Of a DNA stretch of 64,000 nt, positions 1-10,319 are shown one piece after another. Position numbers and translations under genes: made by a program. Where the stretch lies: positions 17,484 through 81,483 of the forward strand of contig JANQNH010000001.1 in the NCBI GenBank assembly GCA_028279655.1, given 5' to 3'. The DNA is from Candidatus Nanoarchaeia archaeon (lineage in GTDB: Archaea; Nanobdellota; Nanobdellia; Woesearchaeales; JACPBV01). The notes under the pieces were generated by a model. That model saw only the letters and a list, made by a program, of their open reading frames with translations, was not told the DNA's origin and ran no database searches. Every line of letters starts with the position of its first letter. The first letter of the stretch is position 1.

Positions 1-1428
1 CCTGCAGATCCCATCGACTGTTCTGCTAATGATTTTGCATTGGTGGATACATGCGATAATGATCCTGATAATAATATATTTACATATGATTACGGGGCAG
101 AGTTCGTCTCTGTTTGTGTAGAGGCTACCCAATCATGTACAGTGGGAAGCCAGACTTTGACCCATGAATGTGATATAGTGAACTGTGGGGCTGAGTGTGA
201 AATAGATGATGATTGTGATGATCATGCTAATGGAGTTTGCCTGGGCAGTTGCGTATGTGAGTATACCTATTGCGGAGACGGGGAGATCAACCAGCAAAGC
301 GAGGAGTGTGATGATGGAAACAAGGTTGATGGTGACGGATGCTCTGCAGTATGTGAAACTGAGATAACTGAGGACCTTCAGGTTAACTATGTTAGGGGAA
401 GGATCACCATAGACGGTGTTGTTGCTCCAGCTGGTACTTCTTATAGTGTTGAGGTATTGTCTGGGGATAATACCGGAAGATCACATAGCGGCACAATAGA
501 TGATGATAATGTTCCTACACATCTTCATGGAGAAGGGTATCTTGATACTAACGAGCAGATAATATTCAATACAGGAGACTCTTTCAGGATAAGTTCATCT
601 GAATGTGTGGGTGTTGTAGATGGGGTCTTTGCTAATGGTGGTAATGGGGATTTCCTTGTTGGTGTTCTGGAGCTGGACTGCAGGATCCCTCCTGTTATAA
701 GCCAGATAGGCCATAATCCTCAAAATCCAACTGAGATAGAAGAGATCAATGTTTCAGCTAATGTTACTGATAATGATGGGGTAAATGAGGTATTCCTGAA
801 CTATACTATAAATGGAACCTATGAACATCTGGTTCCTATGACTTTAGATGATGTTTATTTAGTTGAACTTGGAGTATTTGCTCTGGGTACTACTATTGAC
901 TATAATATAAGGGCAAGCGATAACTATGGCAATGTTGTGGTCTCTGATGATCATTCAATCATTGTAGGACCTTCAGATCTGGATGGGGATGGGATTAGAG
1001 ATGCAGATGATAACTGTCCAGGCCTGGAAAATCCTCTGCAGGAGGATACTGATCTTGACGGCCTTGGGGATGTCTGCGATGATGACGATGATGACGATAC
1101 CGTACTTGATGGAGATGATAACTGTCCTCTGGCATCTAACGTTGGCCAGGAGGATAATGATGGAGATGGCCTTGGGGATGTCTGCGATGATGACGATGAC
1201 AATGACGGGAAGCTGGATATTGAAGATGATTATCCATTTGACCCTGACCAATGGCTTTTTGGGGATCTAAACGGAGATGATGAGGTCAATATCCTTGACC
1301 TGATAACAGCAAGAAATGCAATGGGCACCTACCCTGGGGATGAGTACTGGAACGAGGAAGCAGATGTCAATAATGATGGTACGGTCAATATTTTGGATCT
1401 TATTTTAATAAGAAATAATCTGGCCTGA
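1..1428 (+). CDS. Secreted cell-surface protein, 5'-partial (frame open to window edge). Cys-rich CxDG..EECDDGN..GDGC repeat, thrombospondin type-3-like Ca-binding repeats, C-terminal type-I dockerin.
   Basis: Frame 1 has no stop from position 1. Motif [29 protein letters not shown]. Repeated DxDxDGxxDxxDNCP...GDVCDDDDD (TSP3-like). C-terminal duplicated [13 protein letters not shown] / [13 protein letters not shown] dockerin segments. Confidence 0.75.
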   Translation, partial: PADPIDCSANDFALVDTCDNDPDNNIFTYDYGAEFVSVCVEATQSCTVGSQTLTHECDIVNCGAECEIDDDCDDHANGVCLGSCVCEYTYCGDGEINQQSEECDDGNKVDGDGCSAVCETEITEDLQVNYVRGRITIDGVVAPAGTSYSVEVLSGDNTGRSHSGTIDDDNVPTHLHGEGYLDTNEQIIFNTGDSFRISSSECVGVVDGVFANGGNGDFLVGVLELDCRIPPVISQIGHNPQNPTEIEEINVSANVTDNDGVNEVFLNYTINGTYEHLVPMTLDDVYLVELGVFALGTTIDYNIRASDNYGNVVVSDDHSIIVGPSDLDGDGIRDADDNCPGLENPLQEDTDLDGLGDVCDDDDDDDTVLDGDDNCPLASNVGQEDNDGDGLGDVCDDDDDNDGKLDIEDDYPFDPDQWLFGDLNGDDEVNILDLITARNAMGTYPGDEYWNEEADVNNDGTVNILDLILIRNNLA

Positions 1429-1435
1429 AACTAAG

Positions 1436-1457
1436 GCCAAAACACGGGGGTTTTTTT
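1436..1457 (+). terminator. GGGGG followed by a T7 run between the two surface-protein genes. Possible terminator or SD region.
   Basis: cacgggggtttttttc immediately upstream of the ATG at 1459. Confidence 0.25.
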
Positions 1458-1458
1458 C

Positions 1459-4400
1459 ATGAAAAATAAAATTTTGGTTTATATATTAACTGTTTTTTTA
1501 GTGACAGCCATGGTTTCTTCTTTGGTTATTGCCACTACAGACCTGGATGTTGCTCCAACAAGCAGCCTTGTCTCCAATAATGATGAGTTTCTCATCAATG
1601 TGGATATAGATACTGACGATTCTGTAAGCGGGGGACAGTTTGTTGTTAATTTTGATCCTGCTGTCCTACAGGCTTTGTCTCAGGTAGATGGGGGTTTTCT
1701 CAGCCAGGATGGTGTTGCGGTTTTTGATGGCGGAAGCAGCATAGATAATACCAACGGAAAGGTTACCTTTAACATGATGGCAGGGACGCCTAACAAGGGA
1801 TTCAATGGAACAGGACATCTGGTGAACATAACCTTTGAAGCTGTAAAGAAGAACGATAATTCAGATATTACTATTGATAATATAATCCTTGGGGACTTTT
1901 CAGGATCTGCAGTATCTGTGTCTTCTATAGATAATGGAACTGTTGCTGTTGCTACAGTTGAAAAGATGCTTATCAATGAGTTTTTGGCAGATCCTACAAC
2001 AGGAAACGACTGGGTCGAGCTCTATAATAATGATACAAAATCTATCAACCTTAGCAACTGGCAGGTAAACGATACTGCAGGGAACAAGGAGATCATAGCT
2101 GATGTTGTGTTAGCTCCTGGGGAAAGAACATTGGTAGATATGGGGAGCAGCCTGAACAAGGGAGGAGATACAATATACCTGATAAATGATGAGGGACTTA
2201 TCATTGCGCAGGAGACCTATGCAACTGAGATAGGAGAAGACAAGTCCTATGGAAGGATGCATGATGGGATGGGAACATGGGTAACCTTTGATGAACCTAC
2301 ACCAGATGCAGCTAACAACAGGCTTTCTGTTGATTCTATAGCTGATAAAAATATTAATGAAGAGCACAGTAGATATTTTGATGTATCCCTTGATATATCT
2401 GATCCTGATGGAGACCCTTTGGTCTTTACAGTAGTTGATGAGGATGCAACTAAAGTGGATTGTAGTATACTGAATGATACTAACGTGACTTTGGTGCCTG
2501 TTGTTGACTGGTATGGAACAACCAACTGTACAATAAGGGTGAATGATACTTATGGGACTGTCGATAAGTTATTCAATATTGTTGTGGCAAATGTAAATGA
2601 TGCACCTACAATAGCAGGGGTGCCTGACATAAACCCTACAGAGGATGTTGATTATGAGCTTAATATCACACCTTACATAGGGGATATTGATAATGATGTT
2701 TCTGCTTTGGTGATCACTGAAAACAGTACACATGCAACTGTAAACGGCCAGATCATTACATTCAACTACCCAAATGGTATCTTGGGAGAGGAGGTTATGA
2801 TAATAGTGTCAGACGGAAGTCTGACTGATGAGCAGGCCATATCTGTTGCGGTTGGTGCGGTCAATGATGCACCTACAATAGCAGGAGTACCTGATATAAG
2901 CCCTACAGAGGATGTTGATTTTGAGCTTGACGTAAGCCCATATATAGGTGATGTTGATAATGATGTCTCTACTTTGATCATTACAGAGAACAGCTCTTAT
3001 GCAACTGTGGATGGACAGATCATTACATTCAACTACCCAAATGGTATCTTGGGAGAGGAGGTTATGATAACAGTGTCAGACGGAAGCTTAAGCAGCGACC
3101 AGACCATTACAGTCTCTGTTATCCCTGTTAATGACGCTCCTGTCATAGATCCATCGATAGCTTCGCTTAGCTTTTTGGAGGGGCAATACCTTGTATTGAA
3201 CCTAAGCGATTATGTCTCTGATGTGGATAATGCTGATGAGGACATCACTTGGAGTGCAGCTCCAACTGTAAATCTTGACGTAGATATAGATAATGAGCTG
3301 ATGAATATCTCTACAGTCTCCCCTACATTATACGGGAGGGAGGTATTTACCATGACTGCTGACGATGGTGGCGCTACTGATGATATCGAGGTTACAGTAG
3401 ATATCCAGAGCATACTGGATTTCAGCAACCTGGTTGTAACGATAGATGGAACAGAACATAATGCAGGCAACGGGGATACTGTTGGACCGGCTTCACCTGG
3501 ATCCACATTAAGCTTTAGCATAGACCTAACCAATAATTATCCTTTGGTTGAGGAGTGGGTCGAAGGGATAGTTTTAAGGGGAAAGATTGACAGTACTATT
3601 GATGATGAGACAACAATCAGCCCTTCTTTTACCTTGGATGGTACTAAGACTGCTACTAAGGAACTTGTATTCAATGACCTTCCTCTAACAGTAGAAGAGG
3701 GCAGCTATAATCTTACCATAGATGCATGGGGTATGGATCATATGGGGATGCCCAGAGGAGTCAGTTGGCTCGTCTATATAGATTATGTTACCTTAAGCAG
3801 GGAGATAAGGATTACTGAAGCAGCTTTCAGCGATGATGAGCTAGGCTGCTTTAGGGAAACAGAGCTAGACATAACATTGAAGAACACCGGAGAGACATTC
3901 CAGAACGTTAATCTGGAAGTAGAGAACCTTGATCTGGGAATTATGGAGACAAGGGATTTTCCAATGAATGCTAAGGAGACGATAAACAAGACCTTTAATG
4001 ATTCACTTAAATGGCCTTTAGGAGTTACTTTGGGAACATATCCTTTTGATATCAGAGTTAAATATGATGATGGACAGGGAGGATATCTGACACAGAGCAC
4101 CAGTGTGGACCTAACCTTTGTTGACTGCTTTGATATAGAGGACCAATCGATTGAGGAGGATTCAACAACTCCTTTGGTCCTGGACCTAGGCGATTATGTG
4201 GATGACCCTGTAAAGGCAGACTCAGATTTTACTTATGCTATAGAGGATGAGACAGATACTGCTTTGATTGACTGCGAGTTGGTTGCTATGACCTTAACAT
4301 GCGCAAATCCAACTCCAGACCAGAGCGGGTATTCGGATATACAGGTTAGTGTAAGCAGCGGAGCGCATGTAAACTATGATACGTTCAGGCTTACTGTTGA

Positions 4401-6600
4401 AGAGGACAATGACGGACCTGTTATAATCCCTACAATACCTAATGTGTTCTTTGATGAAGGACAGACTGACAGCACTATCGATCTAGACGATTATGTAGAG
4501 GACATGGATAATGCAGACGATGAACTTACATGGACATACTATGGAAACGTTAATATCACAGTTGATATTAACTCCTTGCACATTGTCACTTTTGGAACAC
4601 TCGATGAGGATTATTATGGTATTGAGACAATAACATTTAATGTAAGTGACGGAGAATATCATTATGCACAGGATGTTGTTGTTACTGTTAACCAGCTCCA
4701 GGATGACTGGCCTGAGATAACCAATCCAACCCTATTGACTGCAGGGACCGTTTATGGGGATGGAGAGGATGTTCTTTTAGAGATTGAGGTTCTTAATCCT
4801 GATTCAATGGTTTATACTGCAGAATGGTATGTTGACGGAACTAATGTTGGAAGCGGGCTTACCTATACTTTCAATGAGGCAGTGAGCGGCAATTATGATG
4901 TCGAGGTTATACTAGAGGATATCGGAGGCACGCAAGAATATGATAGTGCAGATTGGGAGATTGAGGTTAGTTCAGTTCCTGTTACCAGCTATAGTGGGAC
5001 GATAAATGATGTTGATGATACAAATGTAGGCGGATTTAGCGGACTTACTATATCCAACGGTAATGTGATGATTGATTTCGGCAATGCAGTCATCAACCTT
5101 GAAGATGTTGTTGACCTGGACAGTTTTGTAACCCTGGATGAGGGTGTTGTAGCTGTTGATACTGACGAACCAGGATATGATGTCTTTAAGATACCTGCAA
5201 CCATAACCATGTATGGGCTGGAACACGAATCGACACCACCAATCTACTATGATAATGGATTTACAGCAACAGGAACTACGGAATGTACTTCTACTACAGA
5301 CCCTTCATGCACCAATATAGTCTATAATGCAACTACAGGGACTCTTAGTTTTGATGTATCACATTTTACAGTGTTCTTCCTTCCGATTCCAAACAAGTCT
5401 CCTAGGATTACCTCTTCACCAAGCACTACGGCGGTGATCGATGAAGGTTATTCTTATGCTATAACAGCAACTGATGAGGATGGTGATTCTTTGGATTACT
5501 CTTTGCTGAGCGGACCTTCAGGGATGTCTATAAGCTCAAATATCTTGACTTGGACCCCTACTACCAACCTGACTAACGAGAGCGTCACTATCAGCGTTAC
5601 AGATAATGTCAATGCTCCTGTCACACAATCCTGGACAATAGATGTTGTTGAAGGCGCTAAGCTGATAATCAGCGATCTGGACATCAAGGTCGGCAGCGAT
5701 AAGGACAAAGACCTGAATGATGGAGACAGGATAGGGGAAGAGGCAAAGCCAGGAGATAAGGTAGAGTTTGATATTGAGCTTGAGAACCTTTACTCCAGAT
5801 CTTCAGATATAAAGATAGAGGACATCGAGGTAACTGTAACCATAAAGGATATTGATGACGGGGATGACATTGAGGATGATGTTACTCTGGATGACATAGA
5901 CGCAGGCAAGGATGATTCAGTCAAGCTGGACTTCTGGGTGCCTACCCTTGTTGACGAGGGCGATTATGATGTTATCATAGAGGTTGATGCAGAGGACGAA
6001 GACGGAAATGACCAGGACATAAGATGGGAACTAATCCTTGAGGTAAACAAGGACAGCCACGAGCTCCTTTTGGACAGGGTTGATCTAACCCCTTCTCTTG
6101 TACGATGCAACAGGAACCCTTCTGTTGATGTAAGGGTAGTTAATATCGGAAGCAAGGATGAGGATGATGTCAGCATAGAGATCCGAAGCGATCTGCTCGA
6201 CATAGAAATGAATGATCAAGGGATTGAGCTGGAGGAAGGGGATACTGACGATTCAGAGTATGACAGTATCTATAGGTTAAGAATAAGTGAAGATACAAAG
6301 ACAGGAGTCTATCCAATATCTGTCAAGGCCTATTATGATGGCAGGCTCGGGGACCAAAAGACTGTTGACCTGACTGTAGAGGACTGTGCAGATCTAGTTG
6401 TGCCTGTTAAACAGGAACCTGTCGAGGTCATTACAACAAGCGAACCTACCAAGATAAGGCCAGTCCAGACACCAGTAACAGAGATAACATTCAGAAACAC
6501 CTCGGAATACATAACCCTCTTGGTTGTACTGTTTATAATATTGCTAGGAGCGGTGATATTCCTGTTCATGGCAATGGCTATGATGCTTGGTGGAAAGTGA
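1459..6600 (+). CDS. Giant surface protein (1713 aa). N-terminal signal anchor, cohesin-like domain, lamin-tail domain, tandem Ig/cadherin-like repeats, acidic Ca-binding-like segments, C-terminal TM anchor.
   Basis: N-terminus ILVYILTVFLVTAMVSSLVIA. Cohesin-like segment VNFDPAVLQAL...GHLVNITFEAVKK. Lamin-tail-domain-like INEFLADPTTGNDWVELYNN...GDTIYLINDEG. Repeated NDAPTIAGVPDI modules. C-terminal ITLLVVLFIILLGAVIFLFMAMAMML. Confidence 0.8.
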   Translation: MKNKILVYILTVFLVTAMVSSLVIATTDLDVAPTSSLVSNNDEFLINVDIDTDDSVSGGQFVVNFDPAVLQALSQVDGGFLSQDGVAVFDGGSSIDNTNGKVTFNMMAGTPNKGFNGTGHLVNITFEAVKKNDNSDITIDNIILGDFSGSAVSVSSIDNGTVAVATVEKMLINEFLADPTTGNDWVELYNNDTKSINLSNWQVNDTAGNKEIIADVVLAPGERTLVDMGSSLNKGGDTIYLINDEGLIIAQETYATEIGEDKSYGRMHDGMGTWVTFDEPTPDAANNRLSVDSIADKNINEEHSRYFDVSLDISDPDGDPLVFTVVDEDATKVDCSILNDTNVTLVPVVDWYGTTNCTIRVNDTYGTVDKLFNIVVANVNDAPTIAGVPDINPTEDVDYELNITPYIGDIDNDVSALVITENSTHATVNGQIITFNYPNGILGEEVMIIVSDGSLTDEQAISVAVGAVNDAPTIAGVPDISPTEDVDFELDVSPYIGDVDNDVSTLIITENSSYATVDGQIITFNYPNGILGEEVMITVSDGSLSSDQTITVSVIPVNDAPVIDPSIASLSFLEGQYLVLNLSDYVSDVDNADEDITWSAAPTVNLDVDIDNELMNISTVSPTLYGREVFTMTADDGGATDDIEVTVDIQSILDFSNLVVTIDGTEHNAGNGDTVGPASPGSTLSFSIDLTNNYPLVEEWVEGIVLRGKIDSTIDDETTISPSFTLDGTKTATKELVFNDLPLTVEEGSYNLTIDAWGMDHMGMPRGVSWLVYIDYVTLSREIRITEAAFSDDELGCFRETELDITLKNTGETFQNVNLEVENLDLGIMETRDFPMNAKETINKTFNDSLKWPLGVTLGTYPFDIRVKYDDGQGGYLTQSTSVDLTFVDCFDIEDQSIEEDSTTPLVLDLGDYVDDPVKADSDFTYAIEDETDTALIDCELVAMTLTCANPTPDQSGYSDIQVSVSSGAHVNYDTFRLTVEEDNDGPVIIPTIPNVFFDEGQTDSTIDLDDYVEDMDNADDELTWTYYGNVNITVDINSLHIVTFGTLDEDYYGIETITFNVSDGEYHYAQDVVVTVNQLQDDWPEITNPTLLTAGTVYGDGEDVLLEIEVLNPDSMVYTAEWYVDGTNVGSGLTYTFNEAVSGNYDVEVILEDIGGTQEYDSADWEIEVSSVPVTSYSGTINDVDDTNVGGFSGLTISNGNVMIDFGNAVINLEDVVDLDSFVTLDEGVVAVDTDEPGYDVFKIPATITMYGLEHESTPPIYYDNGFTATGTTECTSTTDPSCTNIVYNATTGTLSFDVSHFTVFFLPIPNKSPRITSSPSTTAVIDEGYSYAITATDEDGDSLDYSLLSGPSGMSISSNILTWTPTTNLTNESVTISVTDNVNAPVTQSWTIDVVEGAKLIISDLDIKVGSDKDKDLNDGDRIGEEAKPGDKVEFDIELENLYSRSSDIKIEDIEVTVTIKDIDDGDDIEDDVTLDDIDAGKDDSVKLDFWVPTLVDEGDYDVIIEVDAEDEDGNDQDIRWELILEVNKDSHELLLDRVDLTPSLVRCNRNPSVDVRVVNIGSKDEDDVSIEIRSDLLDIEMNDQGIELEEGDTDDSEYDSIYRLRISEDTKTGVYPISVKAYYDGRLGDQKTVDLTVEDCADLVVPVKQEPVEVITTSEPTKIRPVQTPVTEITFRNTSEYITLLVVLFIILLGAVIFLFMAMAMMLGGK
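2596..3129 (+). repeat. Near-identical tandem duplication (2 x 267 bp, 89 aa each) inside the giant surface-protein gene. A third, diverged copy follows.
   Basis: Units 2596-2862 and 2863-3129 both read aatgatgcacctacaatagcagg...; protein NDAPTIAGVPDI...GILGEEVMI(I/T)VSDGSL. Confidence 0.85.
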
Positions 6601-6618
6601 TTTATAATTTAGAAAAAT

Positions 6619-7248
6619 CTATGATTTTTCTAACCCCTTAAAAGCACTGTTATCTCTGCTTTTAGGGATTTTTTTGTTTTTTGATTCGAATACTATTTTT
6701 AGCTCATGGTATATTCCATTAATCTTCTCTTGGTTTCTTCCCAACTTCTTGTTTGCCTCTGCAACTATTGTTTTTAGATAGCCTTCTTCTATCAGCATAT
6801 TGCCTTCTCTTGCAATTATAGTCTCCATAGCTTCTGTACCTATGATCTCCAGCATTATCCTCTTGTTAATGTTTATTATTCCTGCTCTTTTTATCCCTAT
6901 GTCTCTTACTGTTTTCAGCAGTTTTTCTGCAGCTTCTAAATGCCTGCAACAAACATGGATTATTATTGATTCCTGCCTGAGCCATATATCATTATTAGGG
7001 ATATGTTCTAGGCTTTGCCTTATAGCTTCAAACTCGGCTTTATTATGCTCTGCAAACTTAAACCTTGCGTCTTGTTTATTTTCTGTCTTCTTTTCTATCA
7101 ACAGGATCCTTCCAGAACAGGAGGAGGTCGTGTAATAGTCTTTGTGAGAATTGATAAGTTCGATCAAAGGCCTTATATCTTCATCAATGGACTGTTTATT
7201 GGACTTGTCAATCTTTGCGAGGCAGTTTTTCTTCTCGTTGTCGAACAT
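6619..7248 (-). CDS. taw3: tRNA wybutosine-derivative biosynthesis protein Taw3/TYW3-like methyltransferase
   Basis: TTSSCSGRI motif characteristic of the TYW3 family. About 200 aa. Confidence 0.5.
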   Translation of the reverse strand: MFDNEKKNCLAKIDKSNKQSIDEDIRPLIELINSHKDYYTTSSCSGRILLIEKKTENKQDARFKFAEHNKAEFEAIRQSLEHIPNNDIWLRQESIIIHVCCRHLEAAEKLLKTVRDIGIKRAGIININKRIMLEIIGTEAMETIIAREGNMLIEEGYLKTIVAEANKKLGRNQEKINGIYHELKIVFESKNKKIPKSRDNSAFKGLEKS

Positions 7249-7315
7249 GATGTAGGGAATTTTACAATGTATTTAATTTTTACTATAGAATTGTGTCCAT
7301 AATTGGGAAAAAAGG

Positions 7316-7945
7316 TTAAGCAGCAACGTACATGGTTTTTGGAAAATACTCCTTAAGCTTTATTATTGGATTATTATGCAATTGAGGTAATCTTTCTTTT
7401 ATGTATCTGTTTAGAACTTTTCCCATATCAAAGGCGTATAGTTGATTAGGCATGTCTTTTATGGATACAATAGTCTTTGAGCCTGCATCGTGAGTCAGGT
7501 CGCTCTTCTTTATTGTGTTCCACTCTGCATGATTTTTGATCACAGCTTCATATATGAATACAGATCCTTTCTTGAAAATAGTACCAGGTATTTTTTTATA
7601 AAAAACTGCATTTCTGGTGATTATCTCTGCAGCTTCTTTGTCAGTCATCTCTTCTTCAAGCTCCCTTGCAAGGCCTTCAAGAGGGCTTTCTCCTTTTTTG
7701 ATCATGCCTCCCACCAGCTTTATCTTTCCTGCATGCTCTTTTGCGAAGTAATCTTCTGGCGTAATCTCCATATAGAATTCTGTCTCTTCTCCATTATCAT
7801 TCCTTATTATGACAATAGCTGCGTCTAACGTATCATCCGGATCCTTAGCGTCTGCTATCTCTTCTAATGAGAGTTCTGATTCTCCACTATGACATGCTTC
7901 TGCTTCAGCAGAATCACACGTATCTTCGCTCGCTTCTTCACCCAT
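7316..7945 (-). CDS. Nudix hydrolase with acidic N-terminal extension
   Basis: Nudix box GGMIKKGESPLEGLARELEEEMT (Gx5Ex7REUxEExGU). Confidence 0.7.
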   Translation of the reverse strand: MGEEASEDTCDSAEAEACHSGESELSLEEIADAKDPDDTLDAAIVIIRNDNGEETEFYMEITPEDYFAKEHAGKIKLVGGMIKKGESPLEGLARELEEEMTDKEAAEIITRNAVFYKKIPGTIFKKGSVFIYEAVIKNHAEWNTIKKSDLTHDAGSKTIVSIKDMPNQLYAFDMGKVLNRYIKERLPQLHNNPIIKLKEYFPKTMYVAA

Positions 7946-8001
7946 AATATACTAGAAAAATGTTATATTTTATATAAATTTTACTATTATTGAGTCATAA
8001 C

Positions 8002-8805
8002 TTATTTCCAACCAATAAACCTTCTCATCCTGTCTACAAACTCTTCTGCATCTTTGTAGTACCTGTCAAATTCCTGTCCTTTTATCTCCTTGATCTCATT
8101 GTGGGTTATCATCTTGCTTAGCCTGTAGAAATTTCTCATCATGGTGACATATTTTTTTTCCAGGAGCCTGTGCTTAACAAGCTTTTCCTGAAGAAGGTCA
8201 GATATGTGGTCTGGGGATGGGGGAACAGCACCATGCTTCATCAGAGCTGCATGCGCAGAATCAATCACAGCCCAATATAGGTCTATAGTCCCCTGCAATA
8301 TGTGCCATTTTGCATTGTGCAGGGTATTTGGGGCCCTTATATAGTAGTTCCAGATGCTCTCTTCTGTAGGCCTGATCCTTCCTCTTCTCAGCAATGCCTG
8401 TAACGGTTCAAAGAATCCGGTATCTATCAGTGCAACTCCATCCCTAAGGATGTTTATTGCAATCGGGTCTCCGTTTCTTATATACTCCCAGAAAGAGCTG
8501 AACCTTAAGGAGGTGATGTGCAGTCTCGTAGAGTTCTTTGCAATCATCCTCTGGACTATCACCCTATATGCCTCTACAAGTTCTTGGGAGAAATTTATTG
8601 CCAGGTCGTCCACAACTATCATGATGTCAAGATCTGATCCTGGTTTTCTCTTTTTCTTAGCTGAGGAACCAAATAGAACTACAGCTTTCAGGAAGGTCCC
8701 CAATTCCTTATGCATATCCTTGGTAAACTTATAGGCTATGTCAAGATCTTGTTTCCTGTAGAGCTCAAGATTTGGATTTACTTTTTTATCTATCTCAACT
8801 TTCAT
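8002..8805 (-). CDS. Pol-beta-superfamily nucleotidyltransferase fused to a HEPN-like C-terminal domain
   Basis: LFGSSAKKKRKPGSDLDIMIVVDD (GS...D.D nucleotidyltransferase motif). C-terminal RLSKMITH fits HEPN Rx4-6H. Confidence 0.55.
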   Translation of the reverse strand: MKVEIDKKVNPNLELYRKQDLDIAYKFTKDMHKELGTFLKAVVLFGSSAKKKRKPGSDLDIMIVVDDLAINFSQELVEAYRVIVQRMIAKNSTRLHITSLRFSSFWEYIRNGDPIAINILRDGVALIDTGFFEPLQALLRRGRIRPTEESIWNYYIRAPNTLHNAKWHILQGTIDLYWAVIDSAHAALMKHGAVPPSPDHISDLLQEKLVKHRLLEKKYVTMMRNFYRLSKMITHNEIKEIKGQEFDRYYKDAEEFVDRMRRFIGWK

Positions 8806-8904
8806 AATATCCCCTTGAGGTAATATCTATACGATAGTTATTTAAACCTTATTGACTATTTTACAATGGTATATTTTATATAGTGGACGAGGTTAGATGT
8901 TCTT

Positions 8905-9741
8905 ATGCTGCATAGTCTAAGAAAGATATTTGGCTCAAACATAAAGGCCCTTGAGATCCTGTATATCCTGGAAGGCGTAAAGCCAGCTGGGAGGATAATG
9001 GTGAAGGAAGACGATAAGGAAGGGATATTTTCATTCCTTGAGGATAAGGGGCTTAGTTTTTCTGTGTCTGACTTTAAGGTTATAAAGCAGGATAAGGAAA
9101 AGCCATATTCAGATAAGGCCATAAAGGTTCCTATAGATTCTGATAAGAAGGGGTATTTTTTTGTCTATATATCCAAGGATAAAGAGAAAACAACAGAGGC
9201 GAAGAGGCTTGAGGGAGAGGGGAAACATGAGGAATTAGGGGTATTGCTCGGCTATCCCAGGTGTTGCTCTGTCTTCTTTTCAGATCATTTTGAGGAAGAA
9301 AGCAGGAAGGACAATGATTATACATTGAGGGCATTAGGAAAATCTGAGGGCTTTGAGTTTCCTTTTTTCTCTAATATTGCAGCAAGGCATTTTGATCTGT
9401 CTTTGTTGAGCCATTTCCCCTGCAGTTTCAACTGTGAAAAGTCTGTTGAGATTGCAGAGAACCATCTAGAGGTAGTTGAGAGGTATGATAAAGAGATTGC
9501 AGAGATAATAAGGGGCATGTTGAAGGGGGCTGTGGTTTATACAGAGAACGAAGGGGTTTTTTTGCTGAGACAATGTAAGCTTGAGCATAACAGGCTATAC
9601 TATAAGGGGGTGATGGGTACTGGGAGCAGCCAATTGGCTGAGATGCTGAAGAATGCCGAGTATATAGATATAATGAATAAGAACCGGATAAGATTAGATG
9701 GATTAGAGATGAAGAATGTTGGTTTTATGCTGTTTTCTTAG
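8905..9741 (+). CDS. Conserved hypothetical protein with LGYPRCC motif
   Basis: Long ORF with plausible codon usage. GYPRCCSVFF and CSFNCEK cysteine motifs. Confidence 0.45.
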   Translation: MLHSLRKIFGSNIKALEILYILEGVKPAGRIMVKEDDKEGIFSFLEDKGLSFSVSDFKVIKQDKEKPYSDKAIKVPIDSDKKGYFFVYISKDKEKTTEAKRLEGEGKHEELGVLLGYPRCCSVFFSDHFEEESRKDNDYTLRALGKSEGFEFPFFSNIAARHFDLSLLSHFPCSFNCEKSVEIAENHLEVVERYDKEIAEIIRGMLKGAVVYTENEGVFLLRQCKLEHNRLYYKGVMGTGSSQLAEMLKNAEYIDIMNKNRIRLDGLEMKNVGFMLFS

Positions 9742-9785
9742 ATAATAATCTTAAATGTGATTTATCTTTATAATTAACCTGCAAA

Positions 9786-10319
9786 TCATCTGGAGTATAA
9801 TGATATCAATGTATTTTCGACATTGAAACTAGTCTCTTTCTTGAGATGCATTGGGTGGAAATGATTGCTATGCACTATCAGCTTGCCGTTCAACTCTTTT
9901 AGAAGCTTCTCTTCAGTACCTCTTTCCATCGGCTTGTCTGGATTGATGAAAATTATGTCATAGTCCTTAATTGAATGGTGGGTAAAGTCATTATGATGGA
10001 AATCTGCATTTTTTATGTTTAGTTTTCTCTTGTATTCAATGGCCTTCTCATGAAGCTCATCATCTATCTCGATACCTTCTGCCTGTTTGCAGAACAAGGA
10101 GGCAATCAAGGTTATCTTTCCATCCCCACTTCCAAGGTCCATAAAATTCTTGTATTTTTGCAGGTTGAGCTTCTTGAATGCAGCGTATACCTCATCACTT
10201 ATTGCTGCATTCCAGAAACCCAGTTCTGTCGATCTTAATGGAAGCTTTCCCTGTTTTAAGAGAGATCTATAATAAGTGTCATACTCCTGCTTTATCTCTT
10301 TGAATTTCCTCGGTTTCAT
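9786..10319 (-). CDS. Small class-I SAM-dependent methyltransferase
   Basis: Motif I MDLGSGDGKITLIA. Acidic motif II IEIDDEL. Confidence 0.6.
   Translation of the reverse strand: MKPRKFKEIKQEYDTYYRSLLKQGKLPLRSTELGFWNAAISDEVYAAFKKLNLQKYKNFMDLGSGDGKITLIASLFCKQAEGIEIDDELHEKAIEYKRKLNIKNADFHHNDFTHHSIKDYDIIFINPDKPMERGTEEKLLKELNGKLIVHSNHFHPMHLKKETSFNVENTLISLYSR

Noticed and set aside
951-1270. Three overlapping ORFs (951-1202 minus, 973-1251 minus, 983-1270 plus) inside the first surface-protein gene
   Set aside because: They arise from the GAT/GAC-rich TSP3 repeat DNA read in other frames. Low-complexity S/I/M-rich translations. The frame-1 surface protein is clearly the real gene.
1680-6569. Numerous 60-110 aa antisense ORFs within the 1459-6600 gene
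   Set aside because: Short, low-complexity and entirely embedded antisense to a well-supported 5.1-kb coding frame.
6675-6695. tRNA-like T-loop motif GATTCGAAT
   Set aside because: Surrounding sequence is AT-rich with no acceptor, D or anticodon stems. I found no tRNA cloverleaf anywhere in the window.
6800-7302. Plus-strand ORFs 6800-7135 and 7015-7302 opposite the taw3-like gene
   Set aside because: Hydrophobic low-complexity translations antisense to a gene with a recognisable conserved motif.
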